From an uncultured Clostridia bacterium (GTDB lineage Bacteria; Bacillota; Clostridia; TANB77; CAG-508): a stretch of DNA of 64,000 nucleotides. Shown here one piece after another: positions 31,825 through 41,414 of this stretch (position 1 is the first letter of the stretch; every line of letters begins with the position of its first letter). The notes below the pieces were generated by a model. It was given only the letters and a program-made list of their open reading frames with translations. It was not told the origin of the DNA and made no database searches. Both the position numbers and the translations under genes were made by a program. The DNA is taken from assembly GCA_949948835.1 (NCBI GenBank), contig CATLHF010000001.1, forward strand, positions 68,962 to 132,961, written 5' to 3'.

Positions 31825-32247
31825 TTATTTTCTTAATTTTAAATATGTTTCGATAAATTTTCTTGATGGTGAATATAAGTTTTCTGGTAAGTTATCTAAG
31901 TCGAACCATTGCCAATCATCTTCTTTTGTTGGTTCCATTACTTTTAATTCACCACTATGCTTTTTTGCTATAACTTGTATTGTTATATAATGTCGGTCTT
32001 GCTGAATATCATCTGCTACATTAAATAGTTCTAAATCATCTACATCTAAATTTGTTTCTTCCTTTACTTCACGTTTAGCACCTTCAAAAAATGTTTCATC
32101 ATATTCTTGCTTTCCACCAGGTACAGTCCAACAATCAACTTCGTATATTCCGCCTGTATCTTTCTTATCTTTAGCTCTATGTCCTAATAATATTTTATTG
32201 CCCTCTAAAATCATTACTCCAATTCCAACTTTAATATATTGCTCCAT
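31825..32247 (-). CDS. Nudix hydrolase (MutT-like)
   Basis: The Nudix box GGKQEYDETFFEGAKREVKEETNL is present. 140 aa. Confidence 0.85.
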   Translation of the reverse strand: MEQYIKVGIGVMILEGNKILLGHRAKDKKDTGGIYEVDCWTVPGGKQEYDETFFEGAKREVKEETNLDVDDLELFNVADDIQQDRHYITIQVIAKKHSGELKVMEPTKEDDWQWFDLDNLPENLYSPSRKFIETYLKLRK

Positions 32248-32475
32248 TCTTTACACCACCTAAAAATTAATATAACAAAATGCTAACAATGTTATCATTT
32301 TAGATATTTTACAATAAAAATTCAGGACTATGTTTCCATAGCCCTTATATCCGTTGGCTATTTGGCAGGTGTGCCAAATCCTGCATCTCTTTTGACCATT
32401 TTCAGGTGTGTGGATGGCACTATTGTCCACTTCAAATAACCTATTTATATTGTACTTTTATTATACAACTTTTAT

Positions 32476-32871
32476 TCATTTCTGTCTAGCTTTTTTCCAA
32501 ATGATTTTTCCTCTATTTCTTATCGTTTGGTTCCATGTTCTTCTATTTAATTTCATTAATGTTATAATTGAATTTTTATTATGTTCTTCATCTTGTCCTA
32601 ATGCTAACTTTACAACAACTCTACCATTCTTTCCTATATTATTAATTTGCTTTAGGTATATCATTGTATCTTCATGTCTATTATCTTCAACTATATAGTC
32701 TGGATTTTCAATTACACTTTTTATATATGGTCGTAATTGTTTATATTCTTCTTCATGATACAAAAGTATATGTTCATATAGTCTTTCATCTGTTAAAATC
32801 ACTTCTTCTGTTATTAATTTATTTTCATATACTCCCAACTTTTTTCTATCTAAATTTGTTATATATTGCAA
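32476..32871 (-). CDS. small hypothetical protein, possibly a PBECR-type (barnase/EndoU/RelE-like) nuclease
   Basis: 131 aa with a TTG start and AGAAGG RBS. The pattern LTDERLYEHILLYHEEE...IENPDYIVED...RVVVKL...NSIITL is recalled from phage/plasmid PBECR-like families, so the assignment is tentative. Confidence 0.4.
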   Translation of the reverse strand: MQYITNLDRKKLGVYENKLITEEVILTDERLYEHILLYHEEEYKQLRPYIKSVIENPDYIVEDNRHEDTMIYLKQINNIGKNGRVVVKLALGQDEEHNKNSIITLMKLNRRTWNQTIRNRGKIIWKKARQK

Positions 32872-32897
32872 TTTATTACCTTCTCTTCTGATTTTTA

Positions 32898-32935
32898 TAA
32901 AAAATGGGAGCTAAAACCTAAATTTTAACCCCCAT
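32898..32935 (-). terminator. terminator-like hairpin 27 nt upstream of the 131-aa ORF
   Basis: The minus strand reads ATGGGGG-T-TAAAA-TTTAGG-TTTTA-G-CTCCCAT followed by TTTTT. Confidence 0.55.
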
Positions 32936-33053
32936 TAATTAAATTATGCTATTTTGTTTTGAGTTAGCATTAACTCAGAATATATCGTTCGCCATTTTGA
33001 GTTGAGCTGCGAAACACTCGAATTATGAATAGCTATTCTCTTTTAGTATATTT

Positions 33054-33083
33054 ACTATACTATTTTTTTATTCATTATGTCAA
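33054..33083 (-). promoter_or_regulatory. sigma-A-like promoter facing the 131-aa ORF
   Basis: The minus strand reads TTGACA-18 nt-TATAGT. Confidence 0.45.
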
Positions 33084-33144
33084 TAATTTTGAGAAAGTTT
33101 ATCAATTTTACAGTTTCTATGTATTAGCATAGTTCACGTTTGTT

Positions 33145-33639
33145 TTATAAATTATTTAATTTAAAGTATTTTTCTAATGCGTCTACATTCATAGTAAAGA
33201 ATTTACTTTTATTATTCTTTAGCAGATTAGCCAATTTTTCAATTTCTATCCATTTAATATTTCTTGATTCATCCGTTTCAGCTACTGGTTCTCCTTCTGC
33301 CTCACATATAAAATGATTACAAATTATCGAATATGCATTTTTTAAATTTTGAGTTACACAAAAAGGCATAAAGTTTATTGTATCAGTTTCTTTACTGTAT
33401 TTCTTTTCCTCTTCTCCATATATTTTAGTAACTTTTAATCCTGTTTCTTCAAAGACTTCTCTTCTTACTGTATCATATGCATCTTCATATTCTCTTATTT
33501 TACCCGCTGGCAATTCATATTGTCCATTTGTTTCGTCTCCGTTTTCTTTCCATCTTTCTTGAATAATAATATGCTTTTTACCATTTATAATTCTTTCTAC
33601 TATAGCACCTATCGCTGGTTTAGCAAACTTTTCTTCCAT
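33145..33639 (-). CDS. Nudix hydrolase
   Basis: The Nudix box AGKIREYEDAYDTVRREVFEETGL is present. 164 aa. Confidence 0.85.
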   Translation of the reverse strand: MEEKFAKPAIGAIVERIINGKKHIIIQERWKENGDETNGQYELPAGKIREYEDAYDTVRREVFEETGLKVTKIYGEEEKKYSKETDTINFMPFCVTQNLKNAYSIICNHFICEAEGEPVAETDESRNIKWIEIEKLANLLKNNKSKFFTMNVDALEKYFKLNNL

Positions 33640-33757
33640 ATTATTTTCCTTTCAAGGTATTATACTATTTTCTACTATGTCAATATTTTTAATAAAGTTT
33701 GTAAAATTACATTTTCAAGCTTATTGCTAGAATTCACTTGATTTTCTATAAATAATG

Positions 33758-34156
33758 CTATTTTTCTAATATTGCAGTTACTTCTATTTCAATTTTTGAG
33801 CCATTTCTTACAAATCCCCCAACTTCTACCATGGTAGAAACAGGCATTGAATTTTTAAAGTATTCTGCTCTTATCGGTGATACAATTTTAAAATCATTAA
33901 TATCTTTTAAATATATAACCGCTTTAACAACATTATCTAAAGTTGCTCCTGCTTGTTTTAATATATCATTAATTTCTTCAAATACTAATCTTGTTTGTTC
34001 TGCCACATCTTCTGTTGCAACTTCATTTACTTCTCCTGCTGGAGCTTGAACTCCAGAAACAAAAATCAAATAAGAATCTCCTAAATCAATTTTTTTAGCT
34101 GGTGTATATACACCTTTCATAACATATCCTTCTGGTTTAATGTTTTCAATTTTCAT
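33758..34156 (-). CDS. ridA: RidA/YjgF family reactive-intermediate deaminase
   Basis: IFVSGVQ...QTRLVFEEINDILKQAGATLDNVVKAVIYLKDINDF...IEVTAI. The start is set at MKIENIK (34156), after the secA stop. Confidence 0.85.
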   Translation of the reverse strand: MKIENIKPEGYVMKGVYTPAKKIDLGDSYLIFVSGVQAPAGEVNEVATEDVAEQTRLVFEEINDILKQAGATLDNVVKAVIYLKDINDFKIVSPIRAEYFKNSMPVSTMVEVGGFVRNGSKIEIEVTAILEK

Positions 34157-34170
34157 ATGCTTACCTCCTA

Positions 34171-36894
34171 TTATTTTCCACAACAGTTCTTATACTTCTT
34201 CCCACTTCCACAAGGACATGGATCGTTTCTTCCTACTTTTGGTTCTTCATTTTTTACAGTTACATGAGCTTGTTCTGCTCCTCCGTTTACGTCGTTTATG
34301 TTTTCTAAGGAAGCATTGGTAATTCTTGCAGCTTCTGTTCTTCTAATTTCTGCTTGTTTCTGGATGTTTAATAAAATTTTTACTACATCATATTGAATGT
34401 CGTAAATCATTTGGTCGAACATATCGGTTCCTTCAATACGATATTGAACAACTGGGTCTTTTTGACCATATGCACGAAGTCCAATTCCATCTTTTAATTC
34501 ATCCATTGCGTCAATATGATCCATCCATTTTTGGTCTACTACTTTTAGCATAACAACTCGTTCTAGTTCTCTTAAATCCGTTTCTCCAATTTCTTGTTCT
34601 TTTTCTTCATAACGAGCTAATGCTTTTTCGGTTAATTCTTTTAATACTTTTTGTTCATCAAATCGTTTTTCTTGTAAACTTTCTAAGTTTTCTAACCCAA
34701 AGATTGTTCTAATTTCTTCTTTTAAAGATTCTTTGTTTACTACTTCTTCTACAGAATATGCATTTACTAAACCTGTTGCAAGTTCTGTAATCATATGAAT
34801 AATACTTTCTTTTAAGTTATTTCCATCTAGTACTTGTTTTCTTTGCCCATAAATAATTTCTCTTTGTGTATTCATAACATCATCATATTGAAGAACGTGT
34901 TTACGAATACTAAAGTTTCTTCCTTCTACTCTTTTTTGTGCTTTTTCAACAGCACCAGAAATAATTTTAGATTCAATTGGCATATCCTCTTCTGCACCAA
35001 GTGTGTTATATACACTTGTAATCATGTCTCCACCAAAAATCTTCATTAAATCATCATCAAGTCCAATATAGAATTTTGATTCACCCACATCTCCTTGACG
35101 ACCACTACGTCCACGAAGCTGATTATCAATTCTTCTAGATTCATGTCTTTCAGTACCAATAATTTTTAAACCACCAGCTGCAATTACTTTTTCTTTTTCT
35201 TCTTTTATTTCTTCATCATATTGTTTTACTAAACTTCTAAATTTCTCTCTTGAAACTAATATTTCTTTATCATCTGTTTCGTTAAATGCCATTGCTTCTT
35301 CAATTTGTTCATCTGTATACCTTGCTCTTTTCATGGCTTCTCTTGCTAAATATTCGCTGTTTCCACCAAGCATAATATCAGTACCACGTCCTGCCATGTT
35401 TGTTGCAATGGTAACTGCTCCAAATTTACCAGCTTGTGCAATAATGGTTGCTTCTTGTTCATGGTATTTTGCATTTAATACAGAATGTGGAATTCCTTCT
35501 TGTTTTAGAATTCTACTCAATTTTTCTGATTTTTCAATTGATACAGTACCTACTAGCACTGGTTGACCTTTTTGGTAGCTTTCTTTTACACTTCTTACAA
35601 TTGCTCTATATTTTGCTGCTTCATTTTTATAGATAACATCATTTTCATCATTACGAACCATTGGCTTGTTGGTTGGAATGGCAATAACGTCTAAGTTATA
35701 TATTTCTCTAAATTCCGATTCTTCTGTCATAGCAGTACCTGTCATACCTGCTAATTTCTCATACATTCTAAAATAATTTTGGAATGTAATGGTTGCAAGA
35801 GTTTTAGATTCATCTGCAATCTTAACATTTTCTTTTGCTTCAATTGCTTGATGAAGACCATTGTTATATCTTCTTCCATACATAATTCTTCCCGTAAATT
35901 CATCAACAATTAGCACTTCTCCATCTTTTACCATATAATCAATATCACGTTTCATAACACCATGAGCACGTAATGCTTGGTTTACATGGTGAACAATTTC
36001 AGAATTGTCTAAATCGTTAAAATTATCGATACAGAAAAAATCTTCCGCTTTTTTAATTCCTTTTGCTGTAAGAGAAGCTGATTTTGCTTTTAAATCTACG
36101 ATATAATCATAGTTTTCATTATCTTGTGTTTGTTCTTCATCTTTAATATCTTCTTCTACAATTACTTTTGCATTTAAACGTTTTACAAAGTCATTTGCCC
36201 TTTTATAAAGGTCTGATGATTGGTTTGCACGTCCTGAAATAATTAATGGCGTACGAGCTTCATCAATTAAAATACTATCAATTTCATCGACAATCGCAAA
36301 ATGTAAGTCTCTTTGTACCGCTTGGTTTTTATAAATTACCATATTATCTCTTAAGTAATCAAATCCAAATTCATTATTGGTTCCATAGGTTACATCACAT
36401 GCATAAGCTTTTCTTTTCTCATCTGGCTCCATTCCAGAAATAGCAAGACCTACACTTAATCCTAAAAATTTATATAATTTTCCCATCCACTCACTATCAC
36501 GTTTTGCAAGATAGTCGTTAACAGTAATAACATGCACCCCTTTTTCTGTTAGTGCATTTAGATATACTGGAAGTGTTGCTACTAATGTTTTTCCTTCTCC
36601 TGTTTTCATTTCAGCAATTCTCCCTTGGTGTAGAATAATACCACCAATTAATTGCACATCAAAATGTCTCATGCCTAATACTCTTTTAGAAGCTTCTCTT
36701 ACAACTGCAAAAGCTTCTGGTAATATATCATTTAATGTTTTTCCTTCTTCTAATTCTTTCTTAAAATATGCTGTTTTTGCCTTTAATTGTTCATCTGATA
36801 ATTTTGAAATCTCTTCTTCAAATGCATTAATCTTGTTAACTATTGGCATAATTCTTTTTACTTCTTTTTCGCTATATGACTTAAATAGTCCCAT
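34171..36894 (-). CDS. secA: preprotein translocase ATPase SecA
   Basis: 907 aa with the DEAD-like motor ([27 protein letters not shown]) and the C-terminal zinc motif [14 protein letters not shown]. Confidence 0.97.
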   Translation of the reverse strand: MGLFKSYSEKEVKRIMPIVNKINAFEEEISKLSDEQLKAKTAYFKKELEEGKTLNDILPEAFAVVREASKRVLGMRHFDVQLIGGIILHQGRIAEMKTGEGKTLVATLPVYLNALTEKGVHVITVNDYLAKRDSEWMGKLYKFLGLSVGLAISGMEPDEKRKAYACDVTYGTNNEFGFDYLRDNMVIYKNQAVQRDLHFAIVDEIDSILIDEARTPLIISGRANQSSDLYKRANDFVKRLNAKVIVEEDIKDEEQTQDNENYDYIVDLKAKSASLTAKGIKKAEDFFCIDNFNDLDNSEIVHHVNQALRAHGVMKRDIDYMVKDGEVLIVDEFTGRIMYGRRYNNGLHQAIEAKENVKIADESKTLATITFQNYFRMYEKLAGMTGTAMTEESEFREIYNLDVIAIPTNKPMVRNDENDVIYKNEAAKYRAIVRSVKESYQKGQPVLVGTVSIEKSEKLSRILKQEGIPHSVLNAKYHEQEATIIAQAGKFGAVTIATNMAGRGTDIMLGGNSEYLAREAMKRARYTDEQIEEAMAFNETDDKEILVSREKFRSLVKQYDEEIKEEKEKVIAAGGLKIIGTERHESRRIDNQLRGRSGRQGDVGESKFYIGLDDDLMKIFGGDMITSVYNTLGAEEDMPIESKIISGAVEKAQKRVEGRNFSIRKHVLQYDDVMNTQREIIYGQRKQVLDGNNLKESIIHMITELATGLVNAYSVEEVVNKESLKEEIRTIFGLENLESLQEKRFDEQKVLKELTEKALARYEEKEQEIGETDLRELERVVMLKVVDQKWMDHIDAMDELKDGIGLRAYGQKDPVVQYRIEGTDMFDQMIYDIQYDVVKILLNIQKQAEIRRTEAARITNASLENINDVNGGAEQAHVTVKNEEPKVGRNDPCPCGSGKKYKNCCGK

Positions 36895-37036
36895 TTTTCC
36901 TTTGCCTCCTAAAACTTAAAATAATTCGCTTGTAACTATATCACTAATCTTCACATTTAGCAAGGTATATTTTGGCATATTTTTTATTTTTTAGCATACG
37001 TTTTAGTAAGGTTCTTATATAGAAAAGAGGTATACT

Positions 37037-37573
37037 ATGTTTATTTGTAACGTAAAGTTAGATCATAAATTTGTTTTTAAAATTGGTTTTGTATGTTTAT
37101 TTATTATTGTGTTAGTTCTTGCTGGATTTAGTATCTATAAGATTTTTTATACAGAACGAGTGAATGATGTAATCCCAACTCCAGATGTTTCCAATATTAC
37201 TGCTAACAATTATACAAACATTTTAAAATCGGTTCATGATAATTTAGAGGAACACATTGGACAAAAAATTCATTTTACAGGATATGTATATCGAGTTTAC
37301 GATTTTAATGAAACACAATTTGTACTAGCAAGAAATATGGTAGTAAGTTCTGATAATCAAACCTTAGTTGTTGGATTTTTATGTAATTACAAAAATGCTT
37401 CTGAATTTTCGGATAACACTTGGGTAGAAATCACAGGAAAAATTACGAAAGGCGATTATCATGGAGATATTCCTGTTATTGAAATACAAGAAATGAAAAC
37501 TTGTAATAAGCCAGATGAAGAATTTGTCTATCCACCAGATGATATGTACATTCCAACAAGTGCATTGTTTTAA
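37037..37573 (+). CDS. single-TM protein with a DUF1980/TIGR03943-like C-terminal domain
   Basis: 178 aa reading HIGQKIHFTGYVYRV...FVLARNMV...WVEITGKI...PVIEIQEM...EFVYP. Confidence 0.45.
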   Translation: MFICNVKLDHKFVFKIGFVCLFIIVLVLAGFSIYKIFYTERVNDVIPTPDVSNITANNYTNILKSVHDNLEEHIGQKIHFTGYVYRVYDFNETQFVLARNMVVSSDNQTLVVGFLCNYKNASEFSDNTWVEITGKITKGDYHGDIPVIEIQEMKTCNKPDEEFVYPPDDMYIPTSALF

Positions 37574-37588
37574 TGCAGTTATAAATGT

Positions 37589-37639
37589 AAACAAAACATG
37601 GAATAAGTTTAAATTTCTCACTTATTCCATGTTTTGTTT
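37589..37639. terminator. bidirectional rho-independent terminator
   Basis: aaacaaaacatggaataag-13 nt-cttattccatgttttgttt, a 19-bp perfect stem. Confidence 0.75.
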
Positions 37640-37643
37640 CTGG

Positions 37644-37922
37644 TTAGCTTAATTCATAAAAAAACATTCTCTCACCGTTGTCAGTTTCTTCGAACTGCAG
37701 AAGACGCCCATCTGAGCAAACCCCTTTCACTCTTGACCAATCTTTCCAAATTCCTTTTCCTACATATAATAACGGTCTGGAACTTGAAGCCATTGCATGT
37801 ACCGCTTTCGGGCCAACAAATATAACAGTTGCCTGACGTTCATCGCTGACGTGGCGTCTTATAATTGCTCCCCGCAATTCTTCAATTGTGTTGAATTTGC
37901 GTTCTAGTACTTTTTTATTCAT
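37644..37922 (-). CDS. hypothetical protein (orphan, G+C-enriched islet)
   Basis: A GGAGG RBS precedes ATG 37922 (MNKKVLERKFNTIEELRG...). Lines 37681-37860 have 82/180 G+C, against 14/60 in backbone line 37081-37140. Confidence 0.6.
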   Translation of the reverse strand: MNKKVLERKFNTIEELRGAIIRRHVSDERQATVIFVGPKAVHAMASSSRPLLYVGKGIWKDWSRVKGVCSDGRLLQFEETDNGERMFFYELS

Positions 37923-37974
37923 AAGCCATTTACCTCCTGTTGATTGTTTGACTTTCTTGTCATGTAACATTTAT

Positions 37975-38003
37975 ATTATACTATTCTTTACATAATGTGT
38001 CAA
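37975..38003 (-). promoter_or_regulatory. consensus sigma-A promoter of the 37922 gene
   Basis: The minus strand reads TTGACA-17 nt-TATAAT. Confidence 0.6.
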
Positions 38004-38061
38004 TATTTTCAAATATAGAAAATACACCATCTAAAACTACAAGATGGTGTACTAGAATTTG

Positions 38062-38289
38062 TTACTCGTATCCAATAACTGCTCTTACTCCTGAAAGCTT
38101 AATCACCCTCATGCCTAACTTGTATGCAATGTCGCCCACGTTCTCTTTTGTGAGTTGCGATTGTGGAAAATAAAACTGAAGGTTTCCTCTCTTACTTTTG
38201 GGCTTTCTTACTCTCGGATAATATCTCCGTATTACCCGTAACGCCTCGTTCAGGTTCATTCGCTTTTCTTCAATTACTAAATACTTCAT
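38062..38289 (-). CDS. hypothetical basic small protein (orphan, same islet)
   Basis: A GAAGGAGG RBS precedes ATG 38289. The protein begins MKYLVIEEKRMNLNEALRVIRRYYPRVRKPKSKRG... and is 75 aa. Confidence 0.55.
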   Translation of the reverse strand: MKYLVIEEKRMNLNEALRVIRRYYPRVRKPKSKRGNLQFYFPQSQLTKENVGDIAYKLGMRVIKLSGVRAVIGYE

Positions 38290-38412
38290 AACGTAATCCT
38301 CCTTCTGCAATTTATTTATCTTTTTATATTTCACATCAGTATACATAATTTGTCAAATGTGTTGTGCTGTATCAAAAAAAGAAGCCAATTTTAGTTTGGC
38401 TCCTTTTATGAT

Positions 38413-38964
38413 TTATGCATTAAAATATCTTTTTAATAATCCATCAAATCCTCTACCATGACGTGCCTCATCTTTACACATTTCATGTACTGTATCATGG
38501 ATTGCATCATATCCTAATTCTTTTGCACGTGTTGCAAGTTCTTTTTTACCCATGCAAGCACCACACTCTGCTTCTGCTCTTAACATGACATTTTTCTTTG
38601 TATCTGGATATACTACTTCTCCTAACAATTCTGCAAATTTTGCAGCATGTTCTGCTTCTTCCCATGCATATCTTTTAAATGCTTCTGCAACTTCTGGGTA
38701 TCCTTCTCTATCTGCTTGACGGCTCATGGCAAGATACATTCCAACTTCTGTACATTCTCCCATAAAGTTATCTTTTAATCCTTTAACAACTTCTTCATCT
38801 AGCCCTTTTGCTACTCCAATAACATGTTCATCTACATACTCTTTTTTAGCAGATTCTTCTCTTAATTCAAATTTATCGCTTCCTACTCCACATTGTGGGC
38901 ATCTTTCTGGAGCTTCTTCTCCAAAATGTACATATCCACATACTTTACAAACATAAGCTTTCAT
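38413..38964 (-). CDS. reverse rubrerythrin (N-terminal rubredoxin-like domain + ferritin-like diiron domain)
   Basis: [13 protein letters not shown]...CPQCG is followed by [12 protein letters not shown]...EEAEHAAKF...DEARHGRGF. Confidence 0.85.
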   Translation of the reverse strand: MKAYVCKVCGYVHFGEEAPERCPQCGVGSDKFELREESAKKEYVDEHVIGVAKGLDEEVVKGLKDNFMGECTEVGMYLAMSRQADREGYPEVAEAFKRYAWEEAEHAAKFAELLGEVVYPDTKKNVMLRAEAECGACMGKKELATRAKELGYDAIHDTVHEMCKDEARHGRGFDGLLKRYFNA

Positions 38965-39116
38965 GATATACCTCCTAATTTTATTTTTTAATATCGTACC
39001 ACATTTTAAAATTTTGTCAAGATTTTTCATTTTTTTCTTTCTTTTTTTACTATTTTATGTTAGAATGTGTCATAAGAAAACAAAAGATGATTTTTTATAA
39101 GTTTTGGAGGATAATT

Positions 39117-39371
39117 ATGGAATTTAAAAAATGTGAACGTTGTGGAAGTTTTTTCTTATCAGAAAGCAATATTTGTGGAAACTGTAGCCCAAAAGATACT
39201 TTTGAGCTTTCTAAGTTAAGAACTTATTTTGAAGGAGATGTTAACACTACTTCTATCGATTCCATTGCAGTTGATACAGGAATTTCAGTAAAAAATTTAA
39301 ATCGATATCTTGAAAACGAGGAATTTTCAAAAATATCTAGTAAATTAAATATAGGAAATGTAAAATTATAA
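39117..39371 (+). CDS. small zinc-ribbon protein (YvyF/TIGR03826-like)
   Basis: MEFKKCERCGSFF...CGNCSP followed by an HTH-like segment. 84 aa. Confidence 0.45.
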   Translation: MEFKKCERCGSFFLSESNICGNCSPKDTFELSKLRTYFEGDVNTTSIDSIAVDTGISVKNLNRYLENEEFSKISSKLNIGNVKL

Positions 39372-39395
39372 AAATAAAATAAATAATATAAAATT

Positions 39396-39425
39396 AGGCA
39401 GCATTTCTCGTCTGCCTTTCTTTTA
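39396..39425 (+). terminator. rho-independent terminator directly upstream of tyrS
   Basis: aggcag-catttctcgt-ctgcct followed by ttcttttat. Confidence 0.55.
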
Positions 39426-39447
39426 TATTATTTTAAGGAGGATTTAT

Positions 39448-40674
39448 ATGGCACAATTACAATCAATTTATGATGTGTTAAAACAAAGAGATTTAATAAA
39501 ACAAATTACTTTTGAAGATGAATTTAAAAAAATGGCAGAAAGTGAAGAAAGGTTTTCTGTCTATTTAGGCATTGACCCTACTGCAGATAGTATTCATATT
39601 GGACACTTTATTCCTCTTATGATGATGTCTTATTTTCAAAAATGTGGTCATAGACCAATTATCTTAGTAGGTGGTGGAACTGCCTTTATTGGTGACCCAA
39701 GTGGGAAAACGGATATGAGGAAAATGCTTACCAAAGAAGAAATTTCAAAAAATGTAGATAACATCATAAAACAAGTAAGTAAATTCATCTCTTTTGAAGG
39801 CGATAATGCTGGAATTATTGTTAATAACGGTGACTGGATTTTAGATTTAAATTATATGGAATTTATTCGTACATATGGTGTATATTTTAATGTAAACCGT
39901 ATGTTAGATGCAGAATGTTTTAAACAACGTATGGAAAAAGGTCTTACCTTTTTTGAATTAAATTACATGTTAATGCAAAGTTACGACTTTTTACACTTAT
40001 TTGAAACCAAAGGTTGTAAAGTTGAAATTGGTGGAGATGACCAATGGTCTAACATGCTTGCAGGTGTTGATTTAATTCGTAAAATTCACCAAAATGGAAG
40101 CTTTTGTGTAACTTGCCCTCTTTTATTAAATTCGGAAGGTAAAAAAATGGGGAAAACCGTAAGTGGTGCTTTATGGCTAGATGCTACTAAGACTTCTCCA
40201 TATGAGTTTTACCAATACTGGAGAAATATTGGAGATAAAGAAGTTTATGATGTTTTAAGAATGCTTACCTACTTACCAATGGATGAAGTAAAAAGACTTG
40301 CTTCTTTACCAGGAGAACAAATCAATGAAGCCAAAAAAATTGCAGCTTTTGAAATCACAAAACTAATTCACGGTGAAGAAGAAGCTTTAAAAGCCGAAGA
40401 AGCTTCAAAAGCCCTATTTGAAGGCTCTGGTTCTCTAGAAAATATGCCTACTGTAAAAGTAGAAAGCACAAGCATTTCTATTTTAGATGCTATTTTATTA
40501 ACTGGTATAGCTCCTTCAAAAGGTCAAGCAAGAACTTTAATTTCACAGGGTGGAATTAGCTTAAACGATAACAAAATTGAAGATACAACTTATGTGCTAT
40601 CTGAAAATGATTTTACAGACGGATATGCAATTCTAAAAAAAGGAAAAAAAGTATTTTATAAATTAGAAAAATAA
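39448..40674 (+). CDS. tyrS: tyrosine--tRNA ligase
   Basis: GIDPTADSIHIGHFIP (HIGH) and KMGKT (KMSKS), with a C-terminal S4-like domain. 408 aa. Confidence 0.95.
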   Translation: MAQLQSIYDVLKQRDLIKQITFEDEFKKMAESEERFSVYLGIDPTADSIHIGHFIPLMMMSYFQKCGHRPIILVGGGTAFIGDPSGKTDMRKMLTKEEISKNVDNIIKQVSKFISFEGDNAGIIVNNGDWILDLNYMEFIRTYGVYFNVNRMLDAECFKQRMEKGLTFFELNYMLMQSYDFLHLFETKGCKVEIGGDDQWSNMLAGVDLIRKIHQNGSFCVTCPLLLNSEGKKMGKTVSGALWLDATKTSPYEFYQYWRNIGDKEVYDVLRMLTYLPMDEVKRLASLPGEQINEAKKIAAFEITKLIHGEEEALKAEEASKALFEGSGSLENMPTVKVESTSISILDAILLTGIAPSKGQARTLISQGGISLNDNKIEDTTYVLSENDFTDGYAILKKGKKVFYKLEK

Positions 40675-40715
40675 ACAAAACCCCGACGCAATTTTACTTG
40701 CACCGGGGTTTTGTT
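40675..40715. terminator. bidirectional rho-independent terminator
   Basis: aacaaaaccccgacgcaa-tttta-cttgcaccggggttttgtt. Confidence 0.7.
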
Positions 40716-40720
40716 ATAAC

Positions 40721-41230
40721 CTACTTTACCTTTATGCCGTCTCCTGCATAAATCAGATTCGGATTTTTAATTTCAGGATTCATTTCCAGCAGTTCTTCCA
40801 TATCGGTATGGAAATAGTCTGATATGGTACTAAGGCAATCACCTGATGCAATCACATAGTAGACGTTTTTTATCTCGCCCCAGTATATTTCCGGTATCTC
40901 TACATATGCAAACTTGGCAAAAGTTTCGTCTTCTTCCAATTTGCAATCTGGATTTACTGAGAGCAGATATTCTTCTGTCACCTGCAAGCGTCTTGCAATG
41001 GACTCGATTGTCTCGTCATCCCGTATTACAACATAATAAGCTGTTACTAACTCTTCGCCATCAAGCATTTGTGTATGAATGGTTTGGATAATCGTTGCAG
41101 GTTGTTGCTGTGGATCGTCTTCCTTAACGAATTTGTCAGGATTTATTTCAGCTGCCTCTACCCGCATTGCCCCACACATACATACTGCTGTTACCATTGC
41201 CATAACCATTGTTGCTAATCTCTTCTTCAT
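40721..41230 (-). CDS. secreted protein with two LysM domains (G+C-enriched islet)
   Basis: The signal peptide is MKKRLATMVMAMVTAVCMCGAMRVEA. The LysM-like repeats are YVVIRDDETIESIARRLQV... and YVIASGDCLSTISDYFH...IYAGDGIKV. Line 41101-41160 has 25/60 G+C. Confidence 0.75.
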   Translation of the reverse strand: MKKRLATMVMAMVTAVCMCGAMRVEAAEINPDKFVKEDDPQQQPATIIQTIHTQMLDGEELVTAYYVVIRDDETIESIARRLQVTEEYLLSVNPDCKLEEDETFAKFAYVEIPEIYWGEIKNVYYVIASGDCLSTISDYFHTDMEELLEMNPEIKNPNLIYAGDGIKVK

Positions 41231-41414
41231 CTTGTTTTCTCCTTTTCTTTTAGGTTATTTTATTGGTTTTTTGCAATCACAAAAACAAAATGATTACTTT
41301 ATACCAAATATTAACTACATTATATCACATTTATGTAAATTATTCAAATTTTAGAGTTAAATACAATAAAAGAGGAACTTCTATTGAAGTCCTCTATTCC
41401 TTCATACTAACTAT

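Noticed and set aside
32284-32294. Palindrome taacaatgtta about 40 nt upstream of the Nudix gene, considered as an operator
   Set aside because: It is a single short AT-rich palindrome that overlaps a putative -35/spacer. It is too weak to call without a second site or a regulator.
39372-39447. Possible T-box leader upstream of tyrS
   Set aside because: The 76-nt gap holds only a terminator hairpin and the RBS. There is no T-box sequence and no stem I.
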